Notes: generated by a model from the sequence alone, not told the origin. Positions 48,458 through 57,962 are shown, counted from the stretch's first letter. The stretch: DNA of 64,000 nt from an uncultured delta proteobacterium (GCA_963706575.1 CAVPNL010000015.1:1-64000); one strand, 5' to 3'. A program made the numbers and translations.

Positions 48458-48609
48458 TGGTTTCAGGTGTCAGTGTTCAGGTTTTAGAAGACAGATGGTA
48501 AAAATGAAAGTAGGGTCGGCCTCTGTGCCGACCTCTGACCGGCGGGCGCAGAGGCCCGCCCTACTTGCTGACACCTAAAACCGTGTTTTGTAAATTACTT
48601 GCGGGACAC
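48458..48609. repeat. ~150-bp composite element, copy B
   Basis: Fills the gap between two convergent TAG stops; inverted copy of 38325-38475. Confidence 0.85.
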
Positions 48610-48612
48610 AAT

Positions 48613-49530
48613 CTAGTGATTTTCTTTTATATATTCGCGGGTGATCAAGATGATGCCTGACATGACGAATGCGGCCCCGATCAACTGGGTAAATGAAAGT
48701 CGTTCACCCAGCAATACGGCGGCTAAAATGATCGTTAAAATCGGCTCGACGTTCATAAGGATGGTGGTTTTGACCGGCCCGATGGTCTCAATACCGATAA
48801 GAAATGTGACATAAGCAATGGTTAGTGCAAAGCTTGTAACACCCAGCTTGAACCAGCCGGTCAGGGCAATGTGCGCTGCCGGGCCACCGTTGAATAACAT
48901 GAAGACCACATATAGTGCGGTGCCCGCCGCCAGACAGTGAAAATTGACCGTCTGAGTATCTGCGGAGCGTATCGCCAGGCTGCTGATGGTAACATAAGAG
49001 GCCGCACCCAGCGCCCCCAAAAAGCCAAATGCGATTCCATACCAGTTAAGACCCGTGACAGACTGAATCCCCATTGCAAACGCAAGACCAATAAAAGCAA
49101 TCGTAATCGCCATCAAACGAATGGGTGTAATCGGTTCCTTTTCGGTAAAGCGGGCGATGATCGCAACCAGAAACGGATGGGTGTAAAAAATTAGCACGGC
49201 CAAACTCACCGGGATATACTGGGTGGCGCCCAGATATCCAATCCCCATCATAAAAACCGAAATTCCGAGGACAAGGCCAGCATAGCGTTCTCGCGGCGGC
49301 AATTTCAATTTTTTGCCGCGGATCTTGAGAAAAAGAAAAAGCAGGATGACCGTCACAAAATGGCGCACGGCGTTGATTGTATGAATATCGATTCCATCCC
49401 GATAGGCCAGATTGGCGAATAAGATGTTTGTCGAAAATCCCAGCGCGGCCATTAAAACCAGACCGAAACCGACCCATGTTTTGGTGTTGCCGGAAACCTT
49501 GTCTAATGTATTGGCTGGTTTTGATTTCAT
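48613..49530 (-). CDS. DMT/EamA family transporter
   Basis: About 10 TM segments; IPVSLAVLIFYTHP, IGPVKT, EP...LLGERLS. Confidence 0.9.
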   Translation of the reverse strand: MKSKPANTLDKVSGNTKTWVGFGLVLMAALGFSTNILFANLAYRDGIDIHTINAVRHFVTVILLFLFLKIRGKKLKLPPRERYAGLVLGISVFMMGIGYLGATQYIPVSLAVLIFYTHPFLVAIIARFTEKEPITPIRLMAITIAFIGLAFAMGIQSVTGLNWYGIAFGFLGALGAASYVTISSLAIRSADTQTVNFHCLAAGTALYVVFMLFNGGPAAHIALTGWFKLGVTSFALTIAYVTFLIGIETIGPVKTTILMNVEPILTIILAAVLLGERLSFTQLIGAAFVMSGIILITREYIKENH

Positions 49531-49560
49531 AAAAGCCGATTACCTGGACCTTGTCCGCTT

Positions 49561-49620
49561 TGCGGGATGAAGCGTCTAATTTTAGGATACCAAGGGGCTT
49601 CTCATGAAAATTAACGAGAA
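49561..49620. repeat. 60-bp dispersed direct repeat, copy 1
   Basis: 54/60 identical to 63551-63610. Confidence 0.8.
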
Positions 49621-49706
49621 GTGGGGTACCCTATACAATTTTTTCAGACATTTCAAGAACCCCGGCCAGAATCTATTGTGAAACAAACAATGGCGGCGCC
49701 GACATC

Positions 49707-49735
49707 TTGACACGCGATCTTATTTTAGCCATACT
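49707..49735 (+). promoter_or_regulatory. Sigma70-type promoter of ppnP
   Basis: TTGACA-N17-CATACT. Confidence 0.55.
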
Positions 49736-49773
49736 CGTTTCCAAATCATCGAGCATTGAAAAGGAGCAATGAC

Positions 49774-50052
49774 ATGATCAAGGTTAACAACTATTTTGAC
49801 GGGAACGTCAAAAGCCTGGGATTTGAGCGCGAGGAGGCGGCATTTACGGCGGGTGTCGTCCTGCCGGGAGCGTACACCTTTGATACAGAAAAAGAAGAAC
49901 ACCTCACCATAACCGTCGGAGAGCTCGAGATCCAGCCGCCGGGGTCCGAATGGCGGATCTTGAAGACGGGCGATACAGTCACCATTCCGGCAAACACGAG
50001 TTTTGATCTGAAAGTGGAACATCCCGCCTCGTATATTTGTAAGTTCAGCTAG
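49774..50052 (+). CDS. ppnP: Pyrimidine/purine nucleoside phosphorylase (DUF1255 cupin)
   Basis: MIKVNNYFDGNVKSLGF, GV..PG.YTF.T...E, SYIC. Confidence 0.88.
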   Translation: MIKVNNYFDGNVKSLGFEREEAAFTAGVVLPGAYTFDTEKEEHLTITVGELEIQPPGSEWRILKTGDTVTIPANTSFDLKVEHPASYICKFS

Positions 50053-50246
50053 AAGTGGATTAAAAACCTCAGATCAGGTTCAAGGGCCCCGCGAAACGGG
50101 ATTACATGTCTGATCCTAAAATATTAATGTATGCATCAAGGCGTCCCGCGCATTGGAAGCGGAGCGTACACGTAAGTACGTGAGCATTGCAATGCGCGGG
50201 ACAACGCAACCATTGGGCCTCAGATGGGGTTTTTAATCCACTTCTA
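50050..50246. mobile_element. MITE-like element with perfect 19-bp terminal inverted repeats
   Basis: TAGAAGTGGATTAAAAACC ... GGTTTTTAATCCACTTCTA; internal palindrome GTCCCGCGCATTG...CAATGCGCGGGAC; solo related end at 61725-61749. Confidence 0.8.
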
Positions 50247-50332
50247 AACAGGAGATGCCGCCCGGTTTTAATGCCAACAATTTTTAAAAATCATCCTGAT
50301 ATTTAAACTTGACAGAAAAAGTGTTTTTTTAT

Positions 50333-50362
50333 ATATGAAAATCATTTTCATATTATGAAAAT
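50333..50362. promoter_or_regulatory. Overlapping perfect palindromes, candidate IclR operator
   Basis: ATATGAAAAT-C-ATTTTCATAT (50333-50353) overlaps ATTTTCATA-T-TATGAAAAT (50344-50362), just downstream of TTGACA at 50309. Confidence 0.6.
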
Positions 50363-50386
50363 AAATAATCTGTCATCCCAAGCAAT

Positions 50387-51136
50387 ATGAAAATCAATTC
50401 CATTGAACGCTGCCTGAAGGTCATTGATATCTTAAGTGATCATCCCGCGGGTTTGAAGTTGACGGAAATCAGCGGTCATCTCGACTTGCACCCGAGTTCG
50501 GTGCATCACATGGTTTCGACCTTGCTGCCCCACGATTATATCACCCAGGATCCGGATACCAAAAAGTATTCACTGGGATTCCGATTTCTGGAAATCAGCC
50601 GTAAAATCTTAGATAATCTGGATATCCGTCAAGTTGCCCATCGTCATCTGGAAGTCTTACGCCAGGAGAGTCAGGAGGCCGTCCATCTGGCGATGCTGCG
50701 GGGTGATAAAGTCGTTTATATCGACAAACTGGACACCCCGAGCGGTCTGTCACTCGCCACCTATGTGGGGTTTACCACCGATCCGCATGCGGCCGCCGGC
50801 GGTAAGGTTTTGCTGGCAGGCTTAAACGATGATGCGGTCAAAGGCATTTATAAAAACAAGTCTTTAAAGGGTTACGGCAAAAATACCATTACACGTCTAC
50901 CCGCGCTGATGGCTGAGCTGGCCAGGATTCGCAAACAGGGATACGCCGTCGATAATGAAGAATACTACGAGGGTGTTCGCTGTGTCGCCGCTCCGGTCCG
51001 CTCGGGTGGTCAGGTGGTTGCATCGATTAGCATCACGGGTTCCATTTTTACGATGACTCAGGGGCGCATTGAAAAGGAACTGGCTGCAAAGGCTGTAAAA
51101 GCAGCGGATTCTGTTTCAGCCGAATTAAAATGGTAG
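50387..51136 (+). CDS. IclR family transcriptional regulator
   Basis: SIERCLKVID, HTH LTEIS..SSVHH, AGGKVLLA, IRKQGYAVDNEEY..GVRCVAAPV. Confidence 0.93.
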   Translation: MKINSIERCLKVIDILSDHPAGLKLTEISGHLDLHPSSVHHMVSTLLPHDYITQDPDTKKYSLGFRFLEISRKILDNLDIRQVAHRHLEVLRQESQEAVHLAMLRGDKVVYIDKLDTPSGLSLATYVGFTTDPHAAAGGKVLLAGLNDDAVKGIYKNKSLKGYGKNTITRLPALMAELARIRKQGYAVDNEEYYEGVRCVAAPVRSGGQVVASISITGSIFTMTQGRIEKELAAKAVKAADSVSAELKW

Positions 51137-51149
51137 GGAGAGAAACGCA

Positions 51150-51701
51150 ATGAAAGAGATTCGAATACACGGAAGAGGCGGCCAGGGATCTCTGGTGCTG
51201 GCCCAATTTATGGCTATTGCGGCCCTCGAGGACGGCAAATACGGCCAGGCATTTCCTTTTTTAGGCGGCGGGGGGGAACGGCGCGGCAAGCCGATCGTCG
51301 CGTTCTGCCGGCTCAGTAACCGCCCCATCCGCACCCGCAGCCACGTGCACGCGCCCGATTATGTCATCGTGCAGGATGCCACCATTCTCAGTGAGGTCGA
51401 TGTCGCCGAAGGTCTGAAGCAGACCGGATCGATCTTAATCAATACGGATAAGTCGGTGGCGGACTTAGGGCTTGAAAAATCGAACGCCGTTACCACATCC
51501 GCAGATAAGCTGGCCCGCAGGATTCTGGGTCGACCGATTATCAACACGGCTCTTCTGGGCACGTTTGCCGGCTTCAGCCGGGAGTTGTCGCTGGAAGCCG
51601 CGCTCAACGCCGTGCGCAGTAAATTCCCCGGTGAATTGGGGGAAAAGAACGCACAGGTGGTTGAAGAAAGTTACCACGCATTTTTAAAGGAGACTTCATG
51701 A
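51150..51701 (+). CDS. porC: 2-oxoacid:ferredoxin oxidoreductase gamma subunit
   Basis: EIRIHGRGGQG, ERRG.P..AFCR, PDYVIVQD, NTALLG. Confidence 0.88.
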   Translation: MKEIRIHGRGGQGSLVLAQFMAIAALEDGKYGQAFPFLGGGGERRGKPIVAFCRLSNRPIRTRSHVHAPDYVIVQDATILSEVDVAEGLKQTGSILINTDKSVADLGLEKSNAVTTSADKLARRILGRPIINTALLGTFAGFSRELSLEAALNAVRSKFPGELGEKNAQVVEESYHAFLKETS

Positions 51702-51955
51702 AACTGACAAAAGGTGCCGTTGTTGAGGGCGGAACTTCCTTGAATTACAAGACCGGCAACTGGCGGGACCAGCGACCGGAGATCGATCAGGAAGTGTGCA
51801 ATCAGTGCGGTAAATGCCGGGAAGTTTGCCCGGATGACGCCGTCCGCCACAAAGACGACCGCTATGAAATCGATTATGATTTTTGCAAGGGATGTGGCAT
51901 CTGCGCCTATGAGTGCAAGGCCGAAGCCATAGAAATATTACCGGAGGAAAAATAA
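51698..51955 (+). CDS. porD: 2-oxoacid:ferredoxin oxidoreductase delta (2x[4Fe-4S]) subunit
   Basis: KTGNWR..RP, CNQCGKC..VCP, IDYDFCKGCGICAYEC. Confidence 0.88.
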   Translation: MKLTKGAVVEGGTSLNYKTGNWRDQRPEIDQEVCNQCGKCREVCPDDAVRHKDDRYEIDYDFCKGCGICAYECKAEAIEILPEEK

Positions 51956-51958
51956 ACC

Positions 51959-53149
51959 ATGGGCAACATCAAAGTGGTAGAGGGATCCGAAGCCGTCGCA
52001 CTGGCCGTAAAGGCCTGTCGACCCCATGTCATTTCGGCTTACCCCATCAGCCCCCAGACGCATATTGTCGAGGGCCTGGCCAGAATGGCAGCCGATGGCG
52101 ACATCGATGCCGAGTATGTCAGAGTCGAATCCGAGTTTTCAGCAGCCAGCGTACTGGCCGGTGCCGCGGCCGCAGGCAGCCGCAGTTATACAGCCTCATC
52201 TTCCCAGGGGCTGCTGCTGATGACCGAGGTCCTGTACGCCAGTGCGGGCATGCGCCTGCCGTTTGTCATAACCGGTGTCAACCGATCGGTATCGGCGCCG
52301 ATCAACATCCAGGTGGATCACCAGGACAGCATGTCCCTGCGGGATGCCGGACTGATCCAATTTTATGTGGAAAGTGTCCAGGAAGCCTATGACATGCATC
52401 TGGCGGCTTTCAAAATCGCAGAGGATCCCGGTATCATGCTGCCGGTCATGGTGTGCATGGACGGCTGGGTGCTGACCCATTCCTACGAGCGGGTGCAGTT
52501 CGTCGACCAGCAAGCCGTCGATGATTTTCTACCGCCCTTTGCCCCCGAGCACTATCTGGACCCGGCCACGCCGAAAACCTGGGGTTCCTATGCCGAATCG
52601 GATGCCATGATGGAATTCAAATATGCGATTCACAAGGCCATGACCGAAGGAAAACCGCGAATCAAGGAAATCCTGGGCGAGGTATCGGCGCTGACCGGCC
52701 GTGATAACAGCGGGCTGATCGAGGCCTACCGGATCGACGGTGCCGAAATTATTTTGGTGGCCCTGGGATCCGTCACCGGTACGGTTAAGGATGCCGTTGA
52801 CGAGCTGCGGGATGCCGGGAAAAACGTCGGTCTGCTCAAGATCCGATGCTATCGACCGTTTCCGCACGAAGAAATCTGGCAGGCCGTAAAGGACGCCAAG
52901 GTTATCGCCGTGATGGACGCCAGCTTTTCCATGGGCAGTGAAGGCTCGATCGGCCTTGATTTGAAGGCCAAACTGTTCGGCCGACCGCAGGCGCCCATGG
53001 TGGTTGATTTTGTTGCCGGGCTCGGCGGACGCGAAATTAATACCCTTACAGTCCACCGGCTGGTGGCGCGCGCCGAGGAGATTCACGGCTCGGGGCAGGT
53101 ATTACCCGAACCGGAATGGGTGGGCCTCGACCCCACAATCGTATCTTAG
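51959..53149 (+). CDS. porA: 2-oxoacid:ferredoxin oxidoreductase alpha subunit
   Basis: AYPISPQT, VESEFSA, TASSSQGLLLM, NRS..APINI..DH, GLGGR. Confidence 0.88.
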   Translation: MGNIKVVEGSEAVALAVKACRPHVISAYPISPQTHIVEGLARMAADGDIDAEYVRVESEFSAASVLAGAAAAGSRSYTASSSQGLLLMTEVLYASAGMRLPFVITGVNRSVSAPINIQVDHQDSMSLRDAGLIQFYVESVQEAYDMHLAAFKIAEDPGIMLPVMVCMDGWVLTHSYERVQFVDQQAVDDFLPPFAPEHYLDPATPKTWGSYAESDAMMEFKYAIHKAMTEGKPRIKEILGEVSALTGRDNSGLIEAYRIDGAEIILVALGSVTGTVKDAVDELRDAGKNVGLLKIRCYRPFPHEEIWQAVKDAKVIAVMDASFSMGSEGSIGLDLKAKLFGRPQAPMVVDFVAGLGGREINTLTVHRLVARAEEIHGSGQVLPEPEWVGLDPTIVS

Positions 53150-53164
53150 GCGAAGGAGAAACTA

Positions 53165-54067
53165 ATGACCGTCAAAAAGAAAACCCAAAAAGAATCGCTG
53201 TTCGTCTCCGGCCATCGGGCATGCCACGGCTGCGGTATGGCACTGGGGGTTCGGCATATTCTGGAGGCAACCGGAAACGATGTGATCGTGGTTTCACCCA
53301 CCGGCTGCCTGGAAACCTTCACCTCGCCCTATGGCTTCTCGCCCTGGAAGGTGCCCTGGATACACCACGTGTTTGAAAATGCCCCGGCGGTTGCCACCGG
53401 CGTCGTGGCTGCCCTGCGGGCTCAGGGGCGAGACCACACCCGCGTGGTCGCTATCGGCGGGGACGGCGGAACATTTGATATCGGATTCGGCGCCCTTTCG
53501 GGAATGCTGGAGCGCGGCGACGATGTCCTTTACATCTGTGTCGACAATGGGGCCTATATGAACACCGGCGGCCAGCGCAGCGCGGCAACCCCGGCCTGGG
53601 CGGCGACCACGACGGCTCCGGCCGGCCGACAATCCATGGGCAAAGCCGAAATGAAAAAGGATCTGCCCGAAATCGTTGCGGCCCACGGTATTCCTTATGT
53701 GGCCACCGCATCGATCGCCTACTTGGGCGATCTAAAGAAAAAAATCAAAAAAGCCATGACCTATCACGGGCCGCGTTATATTCAGATCGATACCCCCTGT
53801 CCGTCGGTGTGGAGCTTTGCGTCACATCTGACGCTTGAAATCGGCCGGCTGGGCGTCAACAGCGGGCTGGTGCCACTGTTTGAAAAGGAAAACGGGGAAA
53901 TCACCGCAACCCGCAAAATTAAGCGTAAAATACCGGTCGCCGATTATCTGAACAAACAAAAACGATATCGGCACCTGTTTGACTCCGAGCAGGGACAGCT
54001 TGAGATCGAAAAAATTCAGGCACTCGCCGATACGAACGTTAAAAAATACGGCTTGTTATCCAAATAA
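53165..54067 (+). CDS. porB: 2-oxoacid:ferredoxin oxidoreductase beta (TPP-binding) subunit
   Basis: GHRACHGCG, TGC, GGDGGTFDIG, DNGAYMNTGGQRS, PCP. Confidence 0.88.
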   Translation: MTVKKKTQKESLFVSGHRACHGCGMALGVRHILEATGNDVIVVSPTGCLETFTSPYGFSPWKVPWIHHVFENAPAVATGVVAALRAQGRDHTRVVAIGGDGGTFDIGFGALSGMLERGDDVLYICVDNGAYMNTGGQRSAATPAWAATTTAPAGRQSMGKAEMKKDLPEIVAAHGIPYVATASIAYLGDLKKKIKKAMTYHGPRYIQIDTPCPSVWSFASHLTLEIGRLGVNSGLVPLFEKENGEITATRKIKRKIPVADYLNKQKRYRHLFDSEQGQLEIEKIQALADTNVKKYGLLSK

Positions 54068-54092
54068 AAAATCATTAAGCAGGAGGCTTTAC

Positions 54093-55547
54093 ATGAAATT
54101 ACAAAACGGTGGTGAATATATCGAAAGCTTGCGGGCCCTGAATCCCGTCATTTATTACAAAGGCAAACGCATCGATGACGTTACACGGCACCCGGCCACG
54201 GCGCCCCATGTGCGGGCGGCCGCCATGACGTATTCCCTGGCCGCTAAAGAAGAATACCGGGATCTGGCAACGGCCAAATCCCATCTGACGGGGCGTACGA
54301 TCAGCCGCTTTACCCATGTGCATCAGAATATAGAGGATTTGATCAAGAAGGTTAAATTGTTGCGCGTCCTGGGGCAGAAAACCGGGACCTGCTTTCAGCG
54401 CTGTGTCGGCTTCGATGGCATCAATGCCGTTTATTCGGTGGCTTACGAGATTGATGAAAAATTGGGCACCGACTATCTGCAGCGCTTTAATCGCTGGCTG
54501 ACCCGTATCCAGGACGAGAACCACATGGTGGTCGGTGCCATGACCGATCCAAAGGGTGATCGCTCCAAAAGCCCCGCGGATCAGCCCGATCCGGATCAAT
54601 ATGTTCATGTGGTGGACCGCCGGGATGACGGCATCGTGATCAGAGGTGCCAAGCTTCACATGACCGGCTCCGTCAACTCCCACGAAATTCTGGTGATGCC
54701 GACCACCGCCATGGATGAAGGCTCAAAAGATTACGCCGTTGTCTGCGCGCTTCCGATTGACGCGCCCGGAATCACATTGATTTTCGGCCGGCAGGCCAAC
54801 GACGATCGCCGGGACCGCATGGAACGCATTGATGTCGGCAAGCCCTCTTTTGGGGCCGTCGGAGGCGAAGCCGTGCTTGTTTTCGAGGATGTCTTCGTGC
54901 CCTATGAAAACGTTTTCATGGATGGTGAAGTCGAATTTACGGGCGAGCTGGTGTACCGGTTTGCTGCCCACCACCGCGCCAACTACGGGGCCTGCAAGAC
55001 CGGACTGATGGATGTGCTCATCGGTGCCGTCAGCTACCTGAGCCTCATTCAGGGCACCGCCAAGGGGTCGCATGTGCGGGATAAAGTCACGGAGATGACC
55101 CATTTAAGCGAAACACTCTACAGCTCATCGATTGCCTGTTCGGCTGAAGGCTGGCCGACACCTTCCGGCGCCTACATGGTGGATACCATGCTGGCCAATG
55201 TCTGCAAACAGAACGTCACCCGCTTCCATTTTGAAGTTGCCCGCCTGGCACTGGATCTGGCCGGTGGATTTATTGCCACCCTGCCCAGTCAACACGATTT
55301 GGAGAATGAAGATGTCGGGCATCTGGTGCGAAAATATTTTTCAGGGGTAGCCGATATCCCGACGGAGGATCGCATCAAAATTGCACGAATGATCGAGGCC
55401 ATGACGGGCGGCACCGCCCTGGTGGAGTCGATGCACGGTGCGGGCTCTCCTCAGGCCCAGCGCATCATGATCTACCGGGAGGGCAAGCTCGCAGAGAAGA
55501 TAAAGCTCGCCAAACGCTTGGCCGGCATTAAAGATCCGAATGAATAG
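54093..55547 (+). CDS. abfD: 4-hydroxybutyryl-CoA dehydratase / vinylacetyl-CoA isomerase homologue (HpaB/AbfD family)
   Basis: TCFQRCVG, MTDPKGDRS, GAKLHMTG..NSHE, HR.NYGACK, CKQNVTR, ESMHGAGSPQAQR, with Cys3His [4Fe-4S] ligands retained; RBS AGGAGG before ATG 54093. Confidence 0.82.
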   Translation: MKLQNGGEYIESLRALNPVIYYKGKRIDDVTRHPATAPHVRAAAMTYSLAAKEEYRDLATAKSHLTGRTISRFTHVHQNIEDLIKKVKLLRVLGQKTGTCFQRCVGFDGINAVYSVAYEIDEKLGTDYLQRFNRWLTRIQDENHMVVGAMTDPKGDRSKSPADQPDPDQYVHVVDRRDDGIVIRGAKLHMTGSVNSHEILVMPTTAMDEGSKDYAVVCALPIDAPGITLIFGRQANDDRRDRMERIDVGKPSFGAVGGEAVLVFEDVFVPYENVFMDGEVEFTGELVYRFAAHHRANYGACKTGLMDVLIGAVSYLSLIQGTAKGSHVRDKVTEMTHLSETLYSSSIACSAEGWPTPSGAYMVDTMLANVCKQNVTRFHFEVARLALDLAGGFIATLPSQHDLENEDVGHLVRKYFSGVADIPTEDRIKIARMIEAMTGGTALVESMHGAGSPQAQRIMIYREGKLAEKIKLAKRLAGIKDPNE

Positions 55548-55568
55548 GAACCTATAGAGGAGACAAAC

Positions 55569-56771
55569 ATGGAAAAAGCAAGCGTGTCTATCGTACGGAC
55601 ACCAGCCGGATCGGAATTTGAGCAAATTTACGCAGCTGTCAAAGAATCGCTGGATCTCATCGGCGGCATCGAAGATATCGTCCAGCCTGGAAACCTGGTT
55701 TTGATTAATCCGAGCTGGGTGGCGCCGCCGGTCGAAAGAGAGGCCGGCTGTATTACCCTGCCTGAAGTTGCGCGGGCGGTAGCGGATATCGTAAAGGCCG
55801 CCGGTGCGCGGCCGGTAATCGCCGAATCCTCCGCCGTCGGTGTCGATACCGAGAAGGTCCTTCAGAGCTCAGGATATCATGACCTTCAGGAGATGGGCTA
55901 CGAAGTCGTCAACCTGAAGGCCGCCAAGGCGACGGTGGATCTGCCGGTGGAAAACGGCATAATTTTCGATCAGGTGGAATGCTGGGAACTGGTTAAAGCG
56001 GCAGATGTCATCATCAGTGTACCCAAGTTAAAAACCCACGATCAAACCGAAATGACCTGTGCGATCAAAAAACTCAAAGGCCTGCTGACCGATAAGGCCA
56101 AAAAGGCCATGCATCAGGAAGGCCTTTTTGATGGTGTCATTGATTTGCTTTCAGCCGTAAAGCCCAGGCTTGCCGTTGTCGATGCGATCGTCTGTCAGGA
56201 AGGCGTGGGGCCGGTCTTTGGAAAACCGGTGGAAATGAATCTCGTTCTGGCCGGCAAGGATGTGGTCGCCGTAGATGCGGTTTGTGCACGGCTGATCGGA
56301 TACGATCCGGAGGAAACCCTGCTGACCAAAAACGCCGCGGCGCGTGGTTTGGGTGTGATGGATGCCGCAGCGATCGATGTCATCGGCGAACCGCTGGAAG
56401 GCGTTACACGTCGTTTTTTAAGAGCGATCGAAGATGATCCGGTCGAGGTGGAGGGATTTGAATTGATTCACGGAGAAGCCGCCTGTACCGGCTGTCGCAA
56501 TACGGTGATGAGTGCTTTGATCGATATGCGCAATGCCGATCAGCTCATGTACCTGCCGGGTGTCACGGTGGTCACGGGCAAAGCGCCCCTTCCCGCTGAT
56601 ACGTCCCCTGATGATATTGTCACCATCGGGCTGTGTATGAAAGACAACCAGACCGATCGGCATGTCAAAGGCTGCCCGCCCAACAATGCCCTGGTGGTCA
56701 AAGCCATCATCGGCGACCGGGCCGAAGTCAAACGCATGTACGCGGAAGAAAGTCTGGATAAAACCGATTAA
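55569..56771 (+). CDS. DUF362 domain protein with C-terminal Cys motifs
   Basis: GNLVLINP, AESS, ADVIISVPKLKTH, VDA..CQEG.GP, D.VAVDAV, ACTGC, GLC, GCPP. Confidence 0.8.
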   Translation: MEKASVSIVRTPAGSEFEQIYAAVKESLDLIGGIEDIVQPGNLVLINPSWVAPPVEREAGCITLPEVARAVADIVKAAGARPVIAESSAVGVDTEKVLQSSGYHDLQEMGYEVVNLKAAKATVDLPVENGIIFDQVECWELVKAADVIISVPKLKTHDQTEMTCAIKKLKGLLTDKAKKAMHQEGLFDGVIDLLSAVKPRLAVVDAIVCQEGVGPVFGKPVEMNLVLAGKDVVAVDAVCARLIGYDPEETLLTKNAAARGLGVMDAAAIDVIGEPLEGVTRRFLRAIEDDPVEVEGFELIHGEAACTGCRNTVMSALIDMRNADQLMYLPGVTVVTGKAPLPADTSPDDIVTIGLCMKDNQTDRHVKGCPPNNALVVKAIIGDRAEVKRMYAEESLDKTD

Positions 56772-56817
56772 GCGGGCGAGGCGGTCAAGGCGCTTTATTA
56801 AAGGAGGTTTTGGAACG

Positions 56818-57913
56818 ATGGAATCCATTTTGGAATACATGCAAACATATGACTTCGAGAATTTATTTTTCTGTCAGGACAAGGCGCTTGATTTCAAGGC
56901 CATCATCGCCATCCACGACACAACCCTCGGTCCCGCCACCGGCGGCTGCCGCATGTGGCAGGATTACCCCAGCGAGATGGATGCCGTCGAAGACGCCCTG
57001 CGACTGGCACGCGGGATGACTTATAAATACGCGGCCGCAGGGGTGAATCTGGGCGGCGGCAAGGCGGTCATCATCGGCGACCCCAAACGCACGGACCGTG
57101 AGCCGGTCTTCCGGGCTCTGGGGAAATTCATTAATCGTCTGGGCGGCAAATACATCACCGGCGAAGACGTGGGCACCACCCTGCAGGACATGGAATACAT
57201 CCGCATGGAAACAGAGCATGTCGTCACGCTGCCGACCTATTTAGGCGGGGCTGGAGACATTGCCCCCATGACGGCGTATGGTACCATCCGCGCCATGCAG
57301 GCCTGCTGCAACCGGGTCTATCGGCTCGGACAGCCTGGAAGGGAAAAAGGTTGCGATACAAGGGCTGGGGGCGGTCGGTCACAACATGGTCGAGCAGCTC
57401 CACGAGCTCGGTGCCCGGTTGATTGTCACGGACATTGAGCCCGCCAAGGTGGAAAGCATGACAAAGCGTTTCAACGCCAGCGCAGTGCAGGTCGAAGCCA
57501 TCTATGATGTAGATTGTGATATTTTTTGCCCCTGTGCCCTGGGGAAAGTCATCAATGACGATACCCTCAGCCGCCTGAAATGCAAAATTATCTGCGGCTC
57601 CGCCAACAATCAGCTGGCCGAAGAGCGCCATGGTGACCGGCTGGAGGAAGCAGGGTTTGTCTATGCCCCGGATTACATCACCAATGCCGGTGGCACCATC
57701 TATGATACGGATCGGCTCGGGGTCGGTGGGGTCAGCCATGAGCGCGGCAAGGCCAAAGTGGCCCGCATTTATGACAACATGCAGCGGGTGTTTGAGATTG
57801 CCGACCGCGACCGGCTGCCGACCTATCAAGCAGCCGATCGCATGGCAGAGGAGAGAATCAGTCAAATTGCCGAAGTGAAAAAGTATGCCGATACCCTGAG
57901 CCCGGCGTTTTAG
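56818..57913 (+). CDS. Leu/Phe/Val-type amino acid dehydrogenase (frameshift near 57322, probably a sequence error)
   Basis: IAIHDTTLGPA.GGCRM, LRLARGMTYK, GGGKAVI, EDVGT, then VAIQGLGAVG, PCALG, GSANNQL, YAPDY..NAGG in the 57278..57913 frame. Confidence 0.88.
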
Positions 57914-57962
57914 ATTCTCCCGCAGCGGCCCGGGGGCGAAAAGTTAAAGGTTGTCCCTGAAC

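Noticed and set aside
54093..55547. 4-hydroxyphenylacetate 3-monooxygenase (HpaB)
   Set aside because: CFQRC and HR..Y..CK Fe-S ligands and the anaerobic context indicate the AbfD branch of the family.
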